A stretch of DNA of 64,000 bases, taken from positions 182,280,001 to 182,344,000 of the forward strand of contig OX597816.1 of NCBI GenBank assembly GCA_951406725.2, written 5' to 3'. The notes under the pieces are model-generated. The model had not been told where the DNA came from and ran no database searches. It was given only the letters and a program-made list of their open reading frames with translations. A program made the position numbers and the translations under genes. Source of the DNA: Octopus vulgaris (Eukaryota). Shown one piece after another: positions 25,901-38,182 of this stretch. How positions within the stretch are numbered: the first letter of the stretch is position 1; every line of letters begins with the position of its first letter.

Positions 25901-26418
25901 TGGAGCAGTTTTTCTGATCTTGGTGGTATCACTGTCATCCGTAGCGCTCTCATCTTGCTACCAGGCGCAGTCCACTCTACCACCTTAACAGAGACTGGTC
26001 TTCCCTGCACCGAAAGTTTCATGGAACCCAAGTCCAGCTGACAAGCATTTGACGTCAAATAATCCAACCCCAAAATGCACTGGTCTTCCATCTCCACCAC
26101 ATAGGCAGGAAGCACAACTTCTAGTCCAGCAACATCGATCTGGACCTTAACTGGCCCCCTCAGCTCAGTACAAGGTCCGGTAACACCGCACAACTGCTGC
26201 GATGACTCTGGCAGGTATAGATGCTGCAACACATCGAGTCTCACAAAGGTCTGTCCCGAGGCTGAGTCAACCACAAGGGAGCACGTCCGGCACCACAAGG
26301 GAGCACGTCCGGCCGTTAATTCTTCCATCCACTCGTATGCTGTCGATCCCAGACTATGCACGCCGTCTTGAGTGTGAGGCCTGTTTGGAGTGTCTGGCTG
26401 GCGGTTGCCCCTTAACAC
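22926..26418 (-). pseudogene. Gypsy pol (protease, RT, RNase H, integrase), frameshifted
   Basis: VVDSAS protease site; PLLRIDD..FSTLDMKAGYHQI; YLDDV at about 25061-25075; DCDASSHGIG; HLGVKKT..CRSCDVC; SDQGRNFE; SDGMVER; SPWEEPY. Confidence 0.92.
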
Positions 26419-27568
26419 CAGCTCCTCTTAGTTTTCCGACTCTCTTTACTTTCTGTAGTTCCTGTTGGGCAGTCATACTTCATGTGCCCCCTTTTTCCAC
26501 ATCTCCAGTACTTGCCCTTAAAAGCAGACCCTGCTCTACTGTCCTGTTTTCTCTCTCTCTCTTCAAGCTGTAGCAGTCCTGCCACTTGTGTCCAGGTCTC
26601 CCACAGTGCCAGCAACACACACCAGTCGTCTCCTTGTCCCTTTCACAAGGTTCATGGCTATCTCCAAGTCTGTCAACATCGTGGATCTTTCCTCTCTTTG
26701 CTTGGAATCCAGAGCCGCCACTCACTCGGAAATTTCCAGTGCTAGATTTTATGTACGACTCGAATTCCAGGACGCTTGCTAGCGCTTCCTGCATCGTACC
26801 TGGCTGTGTCTGCTTTACTTGGACCTTGAGGTTTGTGCTCTCAAGAGCATCTATAAATTGCTCTTTCAAAAGAAGAGACAAGAGATCGGGGGCAGCTGTA
26901 GGGTAGGCTTTATGCACCATGCCCTCCAAGTCCTGGGCAAGCTGCTGTAGGGGTTCCCCTCTAGCCCTGACACGGGTGCGGAAGCGTGCCCTGTACGTTT
27001 CACTCTGGTACATAGCGCCATATTTCTTCTGGGGGACTTCTACCAGCGCCGAGTAATGGCCCCTGTCTACTTCTGACAGCCGGCCCAGCACCTCCAGTGC
27101 AGGACCCTTCAAGCTGGTGGCAAGCTGAACGGCACTTTGCCCCTCGTCCCAACCGTTCTGGTCAGCCAGCATCTCAAACTGGATTCGGTAGGCCTCCCAA
27201 GACACTTTGCCATCGAATTCCTGTGGTTTCTTCCTAATGGGAACCACAGAGCTACCCTGAACTCTGGGAGACAGGGGCCCAGATGTTGGAGCATTACGAT
27301 GTAGCAGAGCAACAGCAACCACTTCAGGTTCAGCAACCTCAGGCCCGGTGACACAAAGTTTCTCCACGCATTCCACTCTCTTGTCTAGCCTATCCATTTG
27401 CTCCCTGCACCATGTGACATCACCACTCATTCCGCACAACTCCTCCTTAAACTGCTGGTGGTCTTCCTGCAACCGCCATTGCTCTTCTCTACCCTTCCCA
27501 TGAATGTTTCTAGTTGCGTTCTCTTCTTTCGCGGATTGGCTCTTTGTTTGTGGTTCCCCTGAAGCCAT
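26412..27568 (-). pseudogene. Gypsy gag with two zinc knuckles
   Basis: ATG at 27568 (MASGEPQ), KPQEFDGKVSWEAY, CWHCGRPGHKWQDC and, after a frameshift, YWRCGKRGHMKYDC. Confidence 0.88.
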
Positions 27569-27599
27569 GGTGGACAACCAATTAACTGCAGCAATTAAA

Positions 27600-27617
27600 A
27601 TCCCACTTCTGACACCA
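27600..27617 (-). other. Primer-binding site complementary to the tRNA-Leu 3' end
   Basis: Minus strand TGGTGTCAGAAGTGGGAT, 2 nt from the LTR; tRNA-Leu(CAG/CAA) ends ATCCCACTTCTGACACCA. Confidence 0.88.
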
Positions 27618-27619
27618 GT

Positions 27620-27956
27620 TGTTACGCTGCCACTCAGGCCCAAGGCCTTCCGATTCCACCACGGGCCCTAAGTCGCAACTATGACACTCAGTAAACCGGA
27701 AATCTACCACGGGAAAGGGGGAAGGCAGCGAACGCAGCCAGGAACCAACACAACAACAAAAGAAGAGACACAGGCGGAAGTTGCGTAATTCAAACATTTT
27801 TTTTTGCGTACAAAACCAAAGCATTCCAAAACAAAGGTTGACAAATCATGTACAGAGTTCGAAAAACAAACCATTTTACATTTAACACAAGGTTCACAAT
27901 CAACAGTCTCTTAGAGTTCCACTTTCCTTTTTTTTTTTTAATATGACAGTTCTCAA
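27620..27956 (-). repeat. 5' LTR, inner 337 bp only
   Basis: Roughly 90% identical by eye to 22068-22406; homology stops abruptly at the CR1-type LINE. Confidence 0.9.
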
Positions 27957-30650
27957 TACCTTATATGACACGCTGGTTGTACATATAAGGCAACTTGATG
28001 TAGTTGTGTGTGCTACATATCGCCCTCCAGATGCTCCAAGTTTGAAGACTGCCTTACAAAAATAGAAGTTCTAGTCACACTAGAACAGCACATAAGTGTA
28101 CTTCTCATGGGAGACTTCAATCTGCCCAATGTCAGATGGCCCGAGGGCCTTTCTCTCCCAGGAATGACACGATGCGAACGAGGACAGGCAAGGTCCCTCC
28201 TGAGCCTCATCAACACTCTGTACATGGAGAAAATAATACTCCAACCAACCAGGGCAGGTAACACACTGGATCTCTGCTTCACAAATAATATGGATCTCAT
28301 CCATAATGTGAAAGTGACACCGACACTACTCTCGGATCACAACATGGTAGAGCTGACCATGTACGGGCCAAAGGAAAGCATGGACATGCAGCCTACAAGA
28401 AACTCTCAGAATCTTTCCAGCTTGAACTTCCATAAGGCAAACTGGAAACAAATTGAGAAAGAGATCCTCAAACAAAACTAGACTAAATGTCTCTCCTCGC
28501 CAGACATCGACATGAAACTTCAACAATTCATGTCTGTAATGCAAGCCATTTGCTACAAATGTGTCCCAGAGAGAAAGGCCACTGTACACAAGAACAAAAT
28601 CCCCAGAGAGAGGAAAATTCTTATGAGATAGCGTACAAAAGTTTCAAATCGCTTAAACAAACAAATTGAAAGCAGTGAAAAGTTCCGCCTGAAAATAAAA
28701 CTGCTGGAAATTGAAAAATGTCTGCAACTCTCCCATGGAAAAGAAGCGTGGGCTATAGACAACATAAAATCTAACCCCAGAGCTTTCTAAAAGTTTGCCA
28801 AAGAAACAGCTATGGTGCACTGTAGGATAGGGCCACTCCTTGAAAAGGATGGTACACACACAGGAAATCCAATGAGGATAAGTGAAATACTAAATGAGCA
28901 ATTCAAAAGTATTTTCACTCCACCCCTAGGGCATTTTCAAGTCAGCAATCCAACTGACTTTTTTACCACTGCAGATATAAAATCAGAGGCGGCGACGATA
29001 GATTACATCAATATAAAGGAAGACGATGTAACCAAGGCTATAGATGAAATGAAAACAGACTCAGCTATTGGCCCCGATGGATTCCCGGCAATCCTCCTAA
29101 AAGTATGTAAGAGAGTCCTAGCAAGACCACTGCAGATCCTCTTTCAGAGCTTCCTTGCAACTGGCAAACTTCCAAGAAAACTGAAGGAAGGTAAAATATG
29201 CCCCATTCACAAAGGAGGTAGCAGAGCGGAAGCCAAGAACTATAGACCTATCTCTCTGACCTCACACATCAGCAAGGTCATGGAACGAATAGTCAGAAGG
29301 AAACTGATCACCTTCCTTGAAGAAAATGACTTGCTGCCCGACACCCAACATGGTTTCCGACCAGGAAGAAGCTGCCTAACTCAGCTCCTACAACACTATG
29401 ACTGGGTGCTGAAACAACTGCTCAATCACTCAAATGTGGAAGTCATATATCTCGACTTTGCAAAGGCCTTTGATAAAGTCGATCATGGAATGATATGTCA
29501 CAAACTGCGTGATCTTGGCATAGTTGGAAAATTGGGAGAATGGCTTCATGACTTACTGAAGGTTAGAAGTCAGGTGGTAGTAGCCACTTCCATTAACATG
29601 CAAATAGTGAGCAGTGTTCCACAAGGCACTGTTTTGGGACCACTACTGTTTATAATGGCCCTCTCAGACATGCTCTCAGCCACGATCACAAGTTATGCAG
29701 ATGATACAAAAGTTTCACAGGCAATACAGAACCCTGAAGACACTATGCACCTGCAATGTGAGCTGGACAAAATATACAAGTGGGCTGAAAAGAATAGCAT
29801 GCAGTTCAATGCTGAAGAGTTTCAAGCTTTATGCTATCAGCATGCAAAACTAAATGCAATACCCAATAAATACACTGGACCTGGAGGGATTGCAATCCCA
29901 GAGGCACAATCAGTGGGTATTTACAAGAGTAATGATGCAACCTTTCATGTGCATGTTGCTAAATTGGCAATGAAATGTAGGCGGCTGACCGGATGGATTC
30001 TTAGAGCTTTTAGAACAAGAGACCAGGAAACCATGATGGACCTCTGGAGGACACTTGTCCTAAGCCACTTTGACTATTGCTCTCAGCTATGGTCACCATC
30101 CAGAGTCAAATTAATCACAGAACTTGAGGCGATCCAATGAAACTACATGAAGTGCAGCATATAAGCTACTGGGAAAGACTCAAGAGATTAAAACTCTATT
30201 CGTGAGAGCGTAGGCAAGAAAGATGCCATAATATACATCTGGAAGATCCTGGAAGGACTTGTCCCAAACTTTGGCATCGAGAGTTACACAAATACTAGGA
30301 CTCCAAATTTGCCATCAAGATGTAGGACAAGATACTGTGATAGCCTGGGCTTCAGAGGTCCACAGCTCTTCAATATCCCCCCGAAGGACCTGAGAGACCT
30401 CCATGGGATGGATGCAGATGTCTTTAAAATAAAACTGGATCTCTTCCTGTCAGGTGTCCCAGATGAACCAACTTCACGGCAGGAGGTGCAGATGAGGGCA
30501 GCTGCATCGAACTCTCTCATGCACCAAATGGCAATTGCTAAAAAGCATTCGTGAAGTAAAATCATGTAGCAACACCGAATGGCAGTGCCCCAGCATGGCC
30601 ACAGCTTATGAGCTGAAACTGGATAAAATATAAAATATATAAAATAAATA
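27957..30650 (+). mobile_element. CR1-group LINE (APE endonuclease + RT), 5'-truncated, with stops
   Basis: LMGDFNLP, PTRAGNTLDL, LSDHN; NYRPISLTS, QHGFR, YLDFAKAFDKVDH, VPQGTVLGPLLF, YADD; (taaaa)n tail. Confidence 0.92.
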
Positions 30651-30971
30651 TAAATATATGTATATGTGTATATATATATATATCGTCCGACCAATGCTAG
30701 CATGGAAAGCAGACGTTAAATGATGATGATGATATATATGTATGTGTATATACATAAATACACATACATACATATATATATATATACATACATAGATATA
30801 TACATATATATATATAGAGATATATACATACATACATATATATATATATATACAAATAGATATATACACATATACATGCATACACATATACATACATACA
30901 CATATATATATAGTGTATGTATGTATATGTGTATGCATGTATATGTGTATGTATGTGTATATATCTATATG

Positions 30972-31032
<61 letters not shown>

Positions 31033-31142
31033 TTACACATATATATATATATATATATATATTTACACATATATATATGTATATATATATATATATATAT
31101 TTACACATATATATATGTATATATATATATATATATATACAT

Positions 31143-31185
<43 letters not shown>

Positions 31186-31308
31186 AAAATCAAAATCAAA
31201 TCATATATATATATATATGTATATATCCATACTAATACAATTGTTCGTTTGTTTTCCACCTGCCTTCGTCTTTTGTTTATTTTCATAAAGCTTCCCGTTA
31301 TATATATG

Positions 31309-31382
<74 letters not shown>

Positions 31383-31443
31383 TATAATAAATATATATAT
31401 ATGTATATATATATATATATGTACATATCTATATGTATGTATG

Positions 31444-31516
<73 letters not shown>

Positions 31517-31586
31517 CTATATGTATGTATGTATATATATATATATATGTATATATAATATATGTACATATCTATATGTATGTATG

Positions 31587-31616
<30 letters not shown>
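30651..31616. repeat. Compound (TA)n/(TATG)n microsatellite with embedded RTE tail and short repeat remnant
   Basis: Direct reading; RTE tail at 30684-30733. Confidence 0.9.
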
Positions 31617-31617
<1 letters not shown>

Positions 31618-32855
31618 TAGCACCTTGAGAGAAATGTTGTACCTAAGAAGCATCAGTTGTGGTGTGCAAGAGAGACGATTGCGCTGGTATGGTCATGTGG
31701 CGAGAATGGATGAAGATAGGTGTGTGAGAAAGGGCCAATCCCTAGCAGTTGAGGGAACCCGTGGAAGAGGTAGACCCAGGAAAACCTGGGACTAGGTGGT
31801 GAAGCACGACCTTCGAACTTTAGGCCTCACTGAGGAAATGACCAGAGACCGAGACCTTTGGAAATATTCTGTACGTGAGAAGACCAGGCAGGACAAGTGA
31901 GCCCAGCCCACTTATGAATGCCTTTCCTCCCTTGGACACAAAGACCGGTTGAGGCAAGCGAAGTCGATATAGAACCTCATCCGACGACAGACACCCATGC
32001 CAACCCCCCATGCTTGCGAAGACATGTTGGGGCAAGCGAAATCGAAATCGAAACCGAATTGAACCAGCCAGGATCCCTGGCCTGGTGGTACGTAAAAAGC
32101 ACTATCCGACTCGTGGCCGTGGCACGTAAAATACTCCAATGCGACCGTACGACAGGCACCCATGCCAACCCCCTTTGCTTGTGAAGACATGTTGGGGCAA
32201 GCGAAATCGAAATCGAATTGAACCAGCCAGGATCCCTGGTCTGGTGGTACGTAAAAAGCACTATCCGACTCGTGGCCGTGGCACGTAAAATACTCCAATG
32301 CGACCGTACGACAGGCACCCTTGCCAACCCCCTTTGCTTGTGAAGACATGTTGGGGCAAGCGAAATCGAAATCGAATTGAACCAGCCAGGATCCCTGGTC
32401 TGGTGGTACGTAAAAAGCACTATCCGACTCGTGGCCGTGGCACGTAAAATACTCCAATGCGACCGTACGACAGGCACCCTTGCCAACCCCCTTTGCTTGT
32501 GAAGACATGTTGGGGCAAGCGAAATCGAAATCGAATTGAAAAAGCCAGGATCCCTGGTCTGGTGGTACGTAAAAAGCACTATCCGACTCGTGGCCGATGC
32601 CAGCACCGCCTCGACTGGCTTCCGTGCCGGTGGCACATAAAATACACCAATCTGACCGTGCAGGTGGCACGTAAAAAGCACCCACTACACTCACGGAGTG
32701 GTTGGCGTTAGGAAGGGCATCCAGCTGTAGAAACATTGCCAGATTAGACTGGAGCCTGGTGCAGCCTTCTGGCTTCCCAGATCCCCGGTCGAACCGTCCA
32801 GCCCATGCTAGCATGGAGAACGGACGTTAAACGATGATGATGATGATGATGATGA
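31617..32855 (+). mobile_element. RTE LINE 3' fragment with a ~159-bp tandem expansion in the 3' UTR
   Basis: [27 protein letters not shown]; gacatgttggggcaagcg at 32021, 32186, 32345, 32504; (GAT)n tail. Confidence 0.9.
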
Positions 32856-32883
32856 TATATGTACATATCTATATGTATGTATG

Positions 32884-32923
<40 letters not shown>

Positions 32924-32939
32924 TGTACATATCTATATG

Positions 32940-32978
<39 letters not shown>

Positions 32979-33413
32979 GTATATATCTATATATGTATAT
33001 ATCTATATATGTATATATCTATATATGTATATATCTATATATATGTATATATCTATATATGTATATATCTATATATATGTATATATCTATATATATGTAT
33101 ATATCTATATATATATGTATATATCTATATATATATGTATATATCTATATATATATGCATGTATATATCTATATATATATGCATGTATATATCTATATAT
33201 ATATGCATGTATATATCTATATATATGTATGTATATATCTATATATATGTATGTATATATCTATATATATATATGTATGTATATATCTATATATATATAT
33301 GTATGTATATATCTATATATATATATGTATGTATATATCTATATATATATATGTATGTATATATCTATATATATATATATGTATGTATATATCTATATAT
33401 ATATGTATGTATA

Positions 33414-33460
<47 letters not shown>
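32856..33460. repeat. Compound (TA)n satellite (gtatatatctatatat units)
   Basis: Direct reading. Confidence 0.95.
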
Positions 33461-34769
33461 TGGTCGGACGATTTGACTAAGGTCTGGCGAACCAGACTCC
33501 AATCTGATCTGCCATAGTTTCTACAGCTTGATGCCCTTCCTAATGCCAACCACTCCAAGAATGCAGTGGGTGCTTTTACGTATCACCGGCACGAGGGCCA
33601 GTTTGGTGGTACTGGCAACAGCCACGCCCAAATTGTGCTTTTTATGTGCCACCTGCACAGGAGCCAGTCCAGCGGCACTGGCGACGACCTCGCTCGAATG
33701 TTTCACATGCCACCAGCACAAGTGCTGGTAAGGTGACGCGGTAACGATCGCACTTGAATGATGTGCTTAATGTGCCATTGGCACAGGGGCCAGCTTGTTG
33801 CTCTGGCAACGATCTCACTCATATGGTACTCTTAGCGCTGTCACCAAATTTGATTTCGACTTCGATTTCACTTGCCTCAACTGGTCTTCGCAAGCAGAGT
33901 TTAGTGTCCAATGAAGAAAAGGCACACACAAGTGGACTGGTAACATCCCTAGCATAGGCCACAACGTTATGGACACACTTGCACTTGTCGAGTCTTCTGC
34001 AGCACAGCATATTTCCTGGTCACTAGTCATTGCCTCGGTAGGGCCCAATGTTTGAAGGTCATGATTCACCACCTCATCCCAGGTCTTCCTGAGTCTACCT
34101 CTTCCACAGGTTCCCTCAACCGCTAGGGTGTGGCACTTTCTCACACAGCTATCGACATCCATTCTCGCCACAAGACCATACCAGTGCAACCGTCTCTCTT
34201 GCACACCACAACTGATGCTTCTTAGGTACAACATTTCTCTCAAGGTGCTAACGCTCTGTCGAGTATGTACACTGACATTACGCATCCATCGGAGCATACT
34301 GGCTTCATTCCTCGTGAGCTTACGTATGTCCTCAGCAGTCACGGCCCATGTTTCACTGCCATGTAGCATGGTTGTTTGTACACGTGTCGTACAGCCTGCC
34401 TTTTACTCTGTGCGAGAGGCCCTTTGTCACCAGCAGAGGTAAGAGCTCTCTGAACTTTGCCCAAGCTATTCTTATTCTAGCAGCTACACTTTCAGTCCAC
34501 CCTCCTCCGCTACTGACTTGGTCACCTCGGTAACGGAAGCTATTAACTACTTCTAGTTTTTCTCCCTGGAATGTGGTGGAAGTTGTTCTCTGCACATTTT
34601 CAGTGTTTATTGCTCCTGAGCATCTGCCACATACAAAAACTATTTTCCTAGTTAGCCTTCCTTTGATATTGCTGCACCTCTTATGTGTCCATAGCTTACA
34701 CTGGGTACATCTTATAGAGTTTCTACCTACACCTTTTCTACAGATCGAGCAGGGCCATCTACCTGAAGG
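33461..34769 (-). mobile_element. RTE LINE 3' fragment
   Basis: PSGRWPCSICRKG...MLHGSETWAVTAED...RKTWDEVV. Confidence 0.92.
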
Positions 34770-34803
34770 GATGTATATATATATACACACATACATATAT
34801 ATA

Positions 34804-35204
34804 TCTTTATATATAAAAGTGAAGTTGTGTGTCTGTCTCCTACGATTTAGATTCCTAACTACTCCCACATTTTGCGGTGCAGTTTAACCAAAACCGGGTA
34901 TCTTATAGTCGTGATTCATATCGAGCCCTTTTGGGTATTAGCGCGTGTCTCTACGATGAGTCTACGAATTAAAAAAAAATTTACCATCATTTTTCCCCAT
35001 TTGTAATGCAGTTTTTTGCTATTATATAAGGGAAGTAACTCTCTAAAAATGTATTATTAAATCTCAGAACGTAAAAAGCTACAGTAACACCCCCCTCCCT
35101 TTGTGGTTAGCCATATTGAGATGGCTATTATACTTTACATCTCTAAAAATGCTTAAACAGTTATTTCCCTTACAAACCCGAGCAACGCTGAGCGATACTG
35201 CTAG
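34804..35204 (+). mobile_element. Non-autonomous Helitron-type element
   Basis: A|TC start; 3' end shared with 17098-17688 (ccttacaaacccgagcaacg..gatactgCTAG|T). Confidence 0.8.
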
Positions 35205-35241
35205 TATATATATAAATATGTATGTATATACGTATATATAT

Positions 35242-35500
35242 GTCAGGTCACTTTTGAGTGCTACTGGTAACATGTAACCCAGTACAACCTGCTGCATGGT
35301 CTGGCTGTCGGCGACTAAACCGGCAACCCCACCAAGCTTGTTTGGGGAGGAGGGTGTTTATTGGACACCCTGTGAGATGAAAAACAAAACCCGTCAAAGA
35401 GTGGAGGAACTCTTGAGAGTCAACGGCCATCCAATAAAAAGACGGTAACTGGGATAACTGACATAAAACCTGCGGCTCAGTGGGATTGACTCGGTGCACA
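35242..35500 (+). mobile_element. Probable RTE-type LINE 5' UTR fragment
   Basis: GC-richer island homologous to 12140-12394; contains gtcggcgactaaac. Confidence 0.5.
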
Positions 35501-35790
35501 GCCTTTCCTCACTTAAAAGAAAAAATCTTCCTGCAAAGGCATTGCACGATAACAACATTGTTCATGATTGTTGATGGTGCTGTGAGTCTCAACTGAATGG
35601 CTGGCTGTAGCCTTAAAAAGCAAATAAAAGTCACATTCGATAATAGCACCAATAACAGTTAAGCTTCGTGCAATGGCCATACTCGATAACGAGGGGGCAG
35701 CCATCATATATATATATATTCATTAGTTTTTAACAAGACGTGATTTGTATGATAAATTTGAAACTTTTTTTTTCTCTTTGCTTTTTGCAG

Positions 35791-36011
35791 AGGTGAAAAG
35801 ATTAGACAAGACAATGCTGAAGAATGGCATAGAAGACACACGGAACATATTGTCAAACTACCAGAAGGCTTTCAGGAACATAAAGCATATAATTGAAAGG
35901 TTGAAAAAGGATTATGAAGCTTCCAAGCAGTATCCACCAAATACAAGATATAATGAACTAAAACGAATGATTAAAGACACTGTAGCTGCATCTGAAAAGC
36001 AATGGGTGTGA
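35791..36011 (+). CDS. Uncharacterised two-repeat helical protein, terminal exon B
   Basis: Pyrimidine tract + ttgcag|AG GTG AAA (phase 1, matches exon A). EVKRLDK...SEKQWV*. Similar in sequence to exon A. Confidence 0.75.
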
Positions 36012-36222
36012 TTCGTCGGAGAGGCTGTTCACTTGGACATCATTTGTTTACGTGAATGTGCGATCAAGGTGGCAGAGATGGTGATAAAGTGCACAATCCT
36101 CGACTCACCTATGGTAATTTGATCTATCATTCCATGTATATATATGTATCAAATATAATATATTAATATATAAAGTATAATATATATCATCAATACATAA
36201 AGTGTATATATATATATATATT

Positions 36223-36306
36223 GTAAACACAACACACGAGTTCTCCCTCTGATCTGTGCATTAAGGCTTTCGATCGAGGGGAGAGAACTCTAGTGTGTTG
36301 CGTTAC
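36223..36306. other. ~84-nt imperfect hairpin downstream of the plus-strand gene stop
   Basis: acacaacacac-gagttctc-cctc-tgatc / gatc-gagggg-a-gagaactc-ta-gtgtgttgcgt, 17-nt loop. Confidence 0.75.
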
Positions 36307-36813
36307 TTGAAAAACACCGTATATAAAAAGGACCTACCTAAGTGATGATATATATAAGCATATATTGTATAAATATATATGTGATATATAAACAAAAAAT
36401 ATATGTAAGTTCTTTTTCAAATTGGAACTATTTTTCCGGTTTTTTTTTTGTATCTTTTGTTAATTATATACGTCAGCTGAGATCTGAAAAATGTTTTCCT
36501 TGAAAATTTTTATAAACTTTTCATTTCTTTCAAACTTTTGTCTGTCCTTTGTAGTCAGGGCCCATGTTTCACTGCCATGCAGCATATCCTTTCATACACA
36601 AGCATCATATAATCTGTCTGCCACTCTAGGGGAGAGGTCTTTTCTTTTGAACTTTGTCTAGCAACTAAGATAATGCATGATTAATTTAAAACGATGTGTT
36701 TCCATCACAGTCATGGTTTAACGAATATTTGCAGGCTTAGACATTTTGTTTTTCTAAGATTAGCAGTGTAAGCAAATATTGCTGTTGGGACAAAGAGCCA
36801 AAACAAATATGGT

Positions 36814-37140
36814 TCAAACGTCCGCTTTCCATGCTAGCATGGGTTGGACGGTTCAATTGGGAAGCCAGCTGGATGCCCTTCCTAACACCAACCACTCCGT
36901 GAGTGTAGTGGGTGCCTTTTACGTGCCACCAGCACACACACATATACATATATATATATATATATATATACATATATATATAGGGAGAATTGACAATGGC
37001 ACAAAAGATGAAGACACGACAGACTTCTTTCAGTTTTCGTCTACCAAATCCACTCACAAGGCCTTGGTTTGCTCAGGGCTATAGTAGAAGACACTTGCCC
37101 AAGGTGCCATGAAGTGGGACTGAACTCGGAACCATGTGGT
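36814..37140 (-). mobile_element. RTE tail fragment plus SINE family A fragment
   Basis: Similarity to other copies in the window. Confidence 0.75.
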
Positions 37141-38139
37141 TCTTAGCCTATTTCCACCTATCCATAATCCTAGATGAGTACTTTTGTTATTTAATCAACT
37201 TTGTAAAAGTGGAGGTAAGTTGTAGAAATAGCAGCCAAATTTTCTGTCATACAAAAATATAAAGGATACATTTAATAATGCAGTCATTTATAAATACACA
37301 TTACTTGATAATAAATGACCTTAGGAGTAAACAAAATCATTATGTTGCTTTTCCTATGCTAGTATGGAGTAGATAAGATTTATTATGCAGCAGTGATCTA
37401 TGACTGGATACTCTTCCTGTTGCTAACCCATAACTGATTCAAGCCTCATGGCAGGCCATGCAAAGAGCACCCAGTGCACTCTATAAAGTGGTTGGCAAAC
37501 CAAGGTAAATCAGACTGGAATTTGGTACAACTCTCCTTGTTGCCAGTTCTGATCAAACCATCCAACCGATGACAGCATGGAAAACAGACATTACACAATG
37601 ATGATGTTGAAATCAATGAATCAACCAAGTTGTAAGACGTGTTATCTATAGAAGTAAATGCTAACATTACTTTTGCCCAAAAGGTGTTAAGGTGTACAAA
37701 CACACACACACACAGATATATCCCTTTCAGTTTTGTATCTCTGCTCTCTCTCATATTCATTTTATATCTTGAGGATACTTCACTATCTATTTTCTCTCTT
37801 TCCAGTTGGAGAAGCCATGTATCTCTCCTCTTCAACAAGACACTTGTTCCTGTCCCTCTATCATGCTTCAACCTCTCAATGTCTGGTATAAAACCACCTC
37901 CCTTAACACTATATCCCACTCAGCTGAAGCATTTTGCTATGCGAGTTACTTGTAGACTTCACTGGTGCCATTGTCAAAGAAAGAACCCCCCCAGCACACT
38001 CTGTAGAGTGGTTGGCAGAAGGAAGCACATTCAGCCATAGAAACATGTCAAAGCAGATTTTGCAACTCAGCCCAATCTTCTGGCTCATTGGTTCCTATTG
38101 AACTGTTCAATCCATACCAGCATAAAATGGACATTAAAC

Positions 38140-38182
<43 letters not shown>

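Larger units (their letters stand above)
22068..27956 (-). mobile_element. Gypsy (Metaviridae) LTR retrotransposon, decayed, 5' LTR truncated
   Basis: Order gag-PR-RT-RNaseH-IN with many frameshifts; LTRs, PBS and PPT identified separately. Confidence 0.95.

Noticed and set aside
31912-32814. 300-aa repetitive ORF
   Set aside because: Antisense reading of the tandemly expanded RTE 3' UTR.
30606-33558. Many long YI/CV/HT-rich ORFs
   Set aside because: Translations of (TA)n and (CA)n microsatellites.
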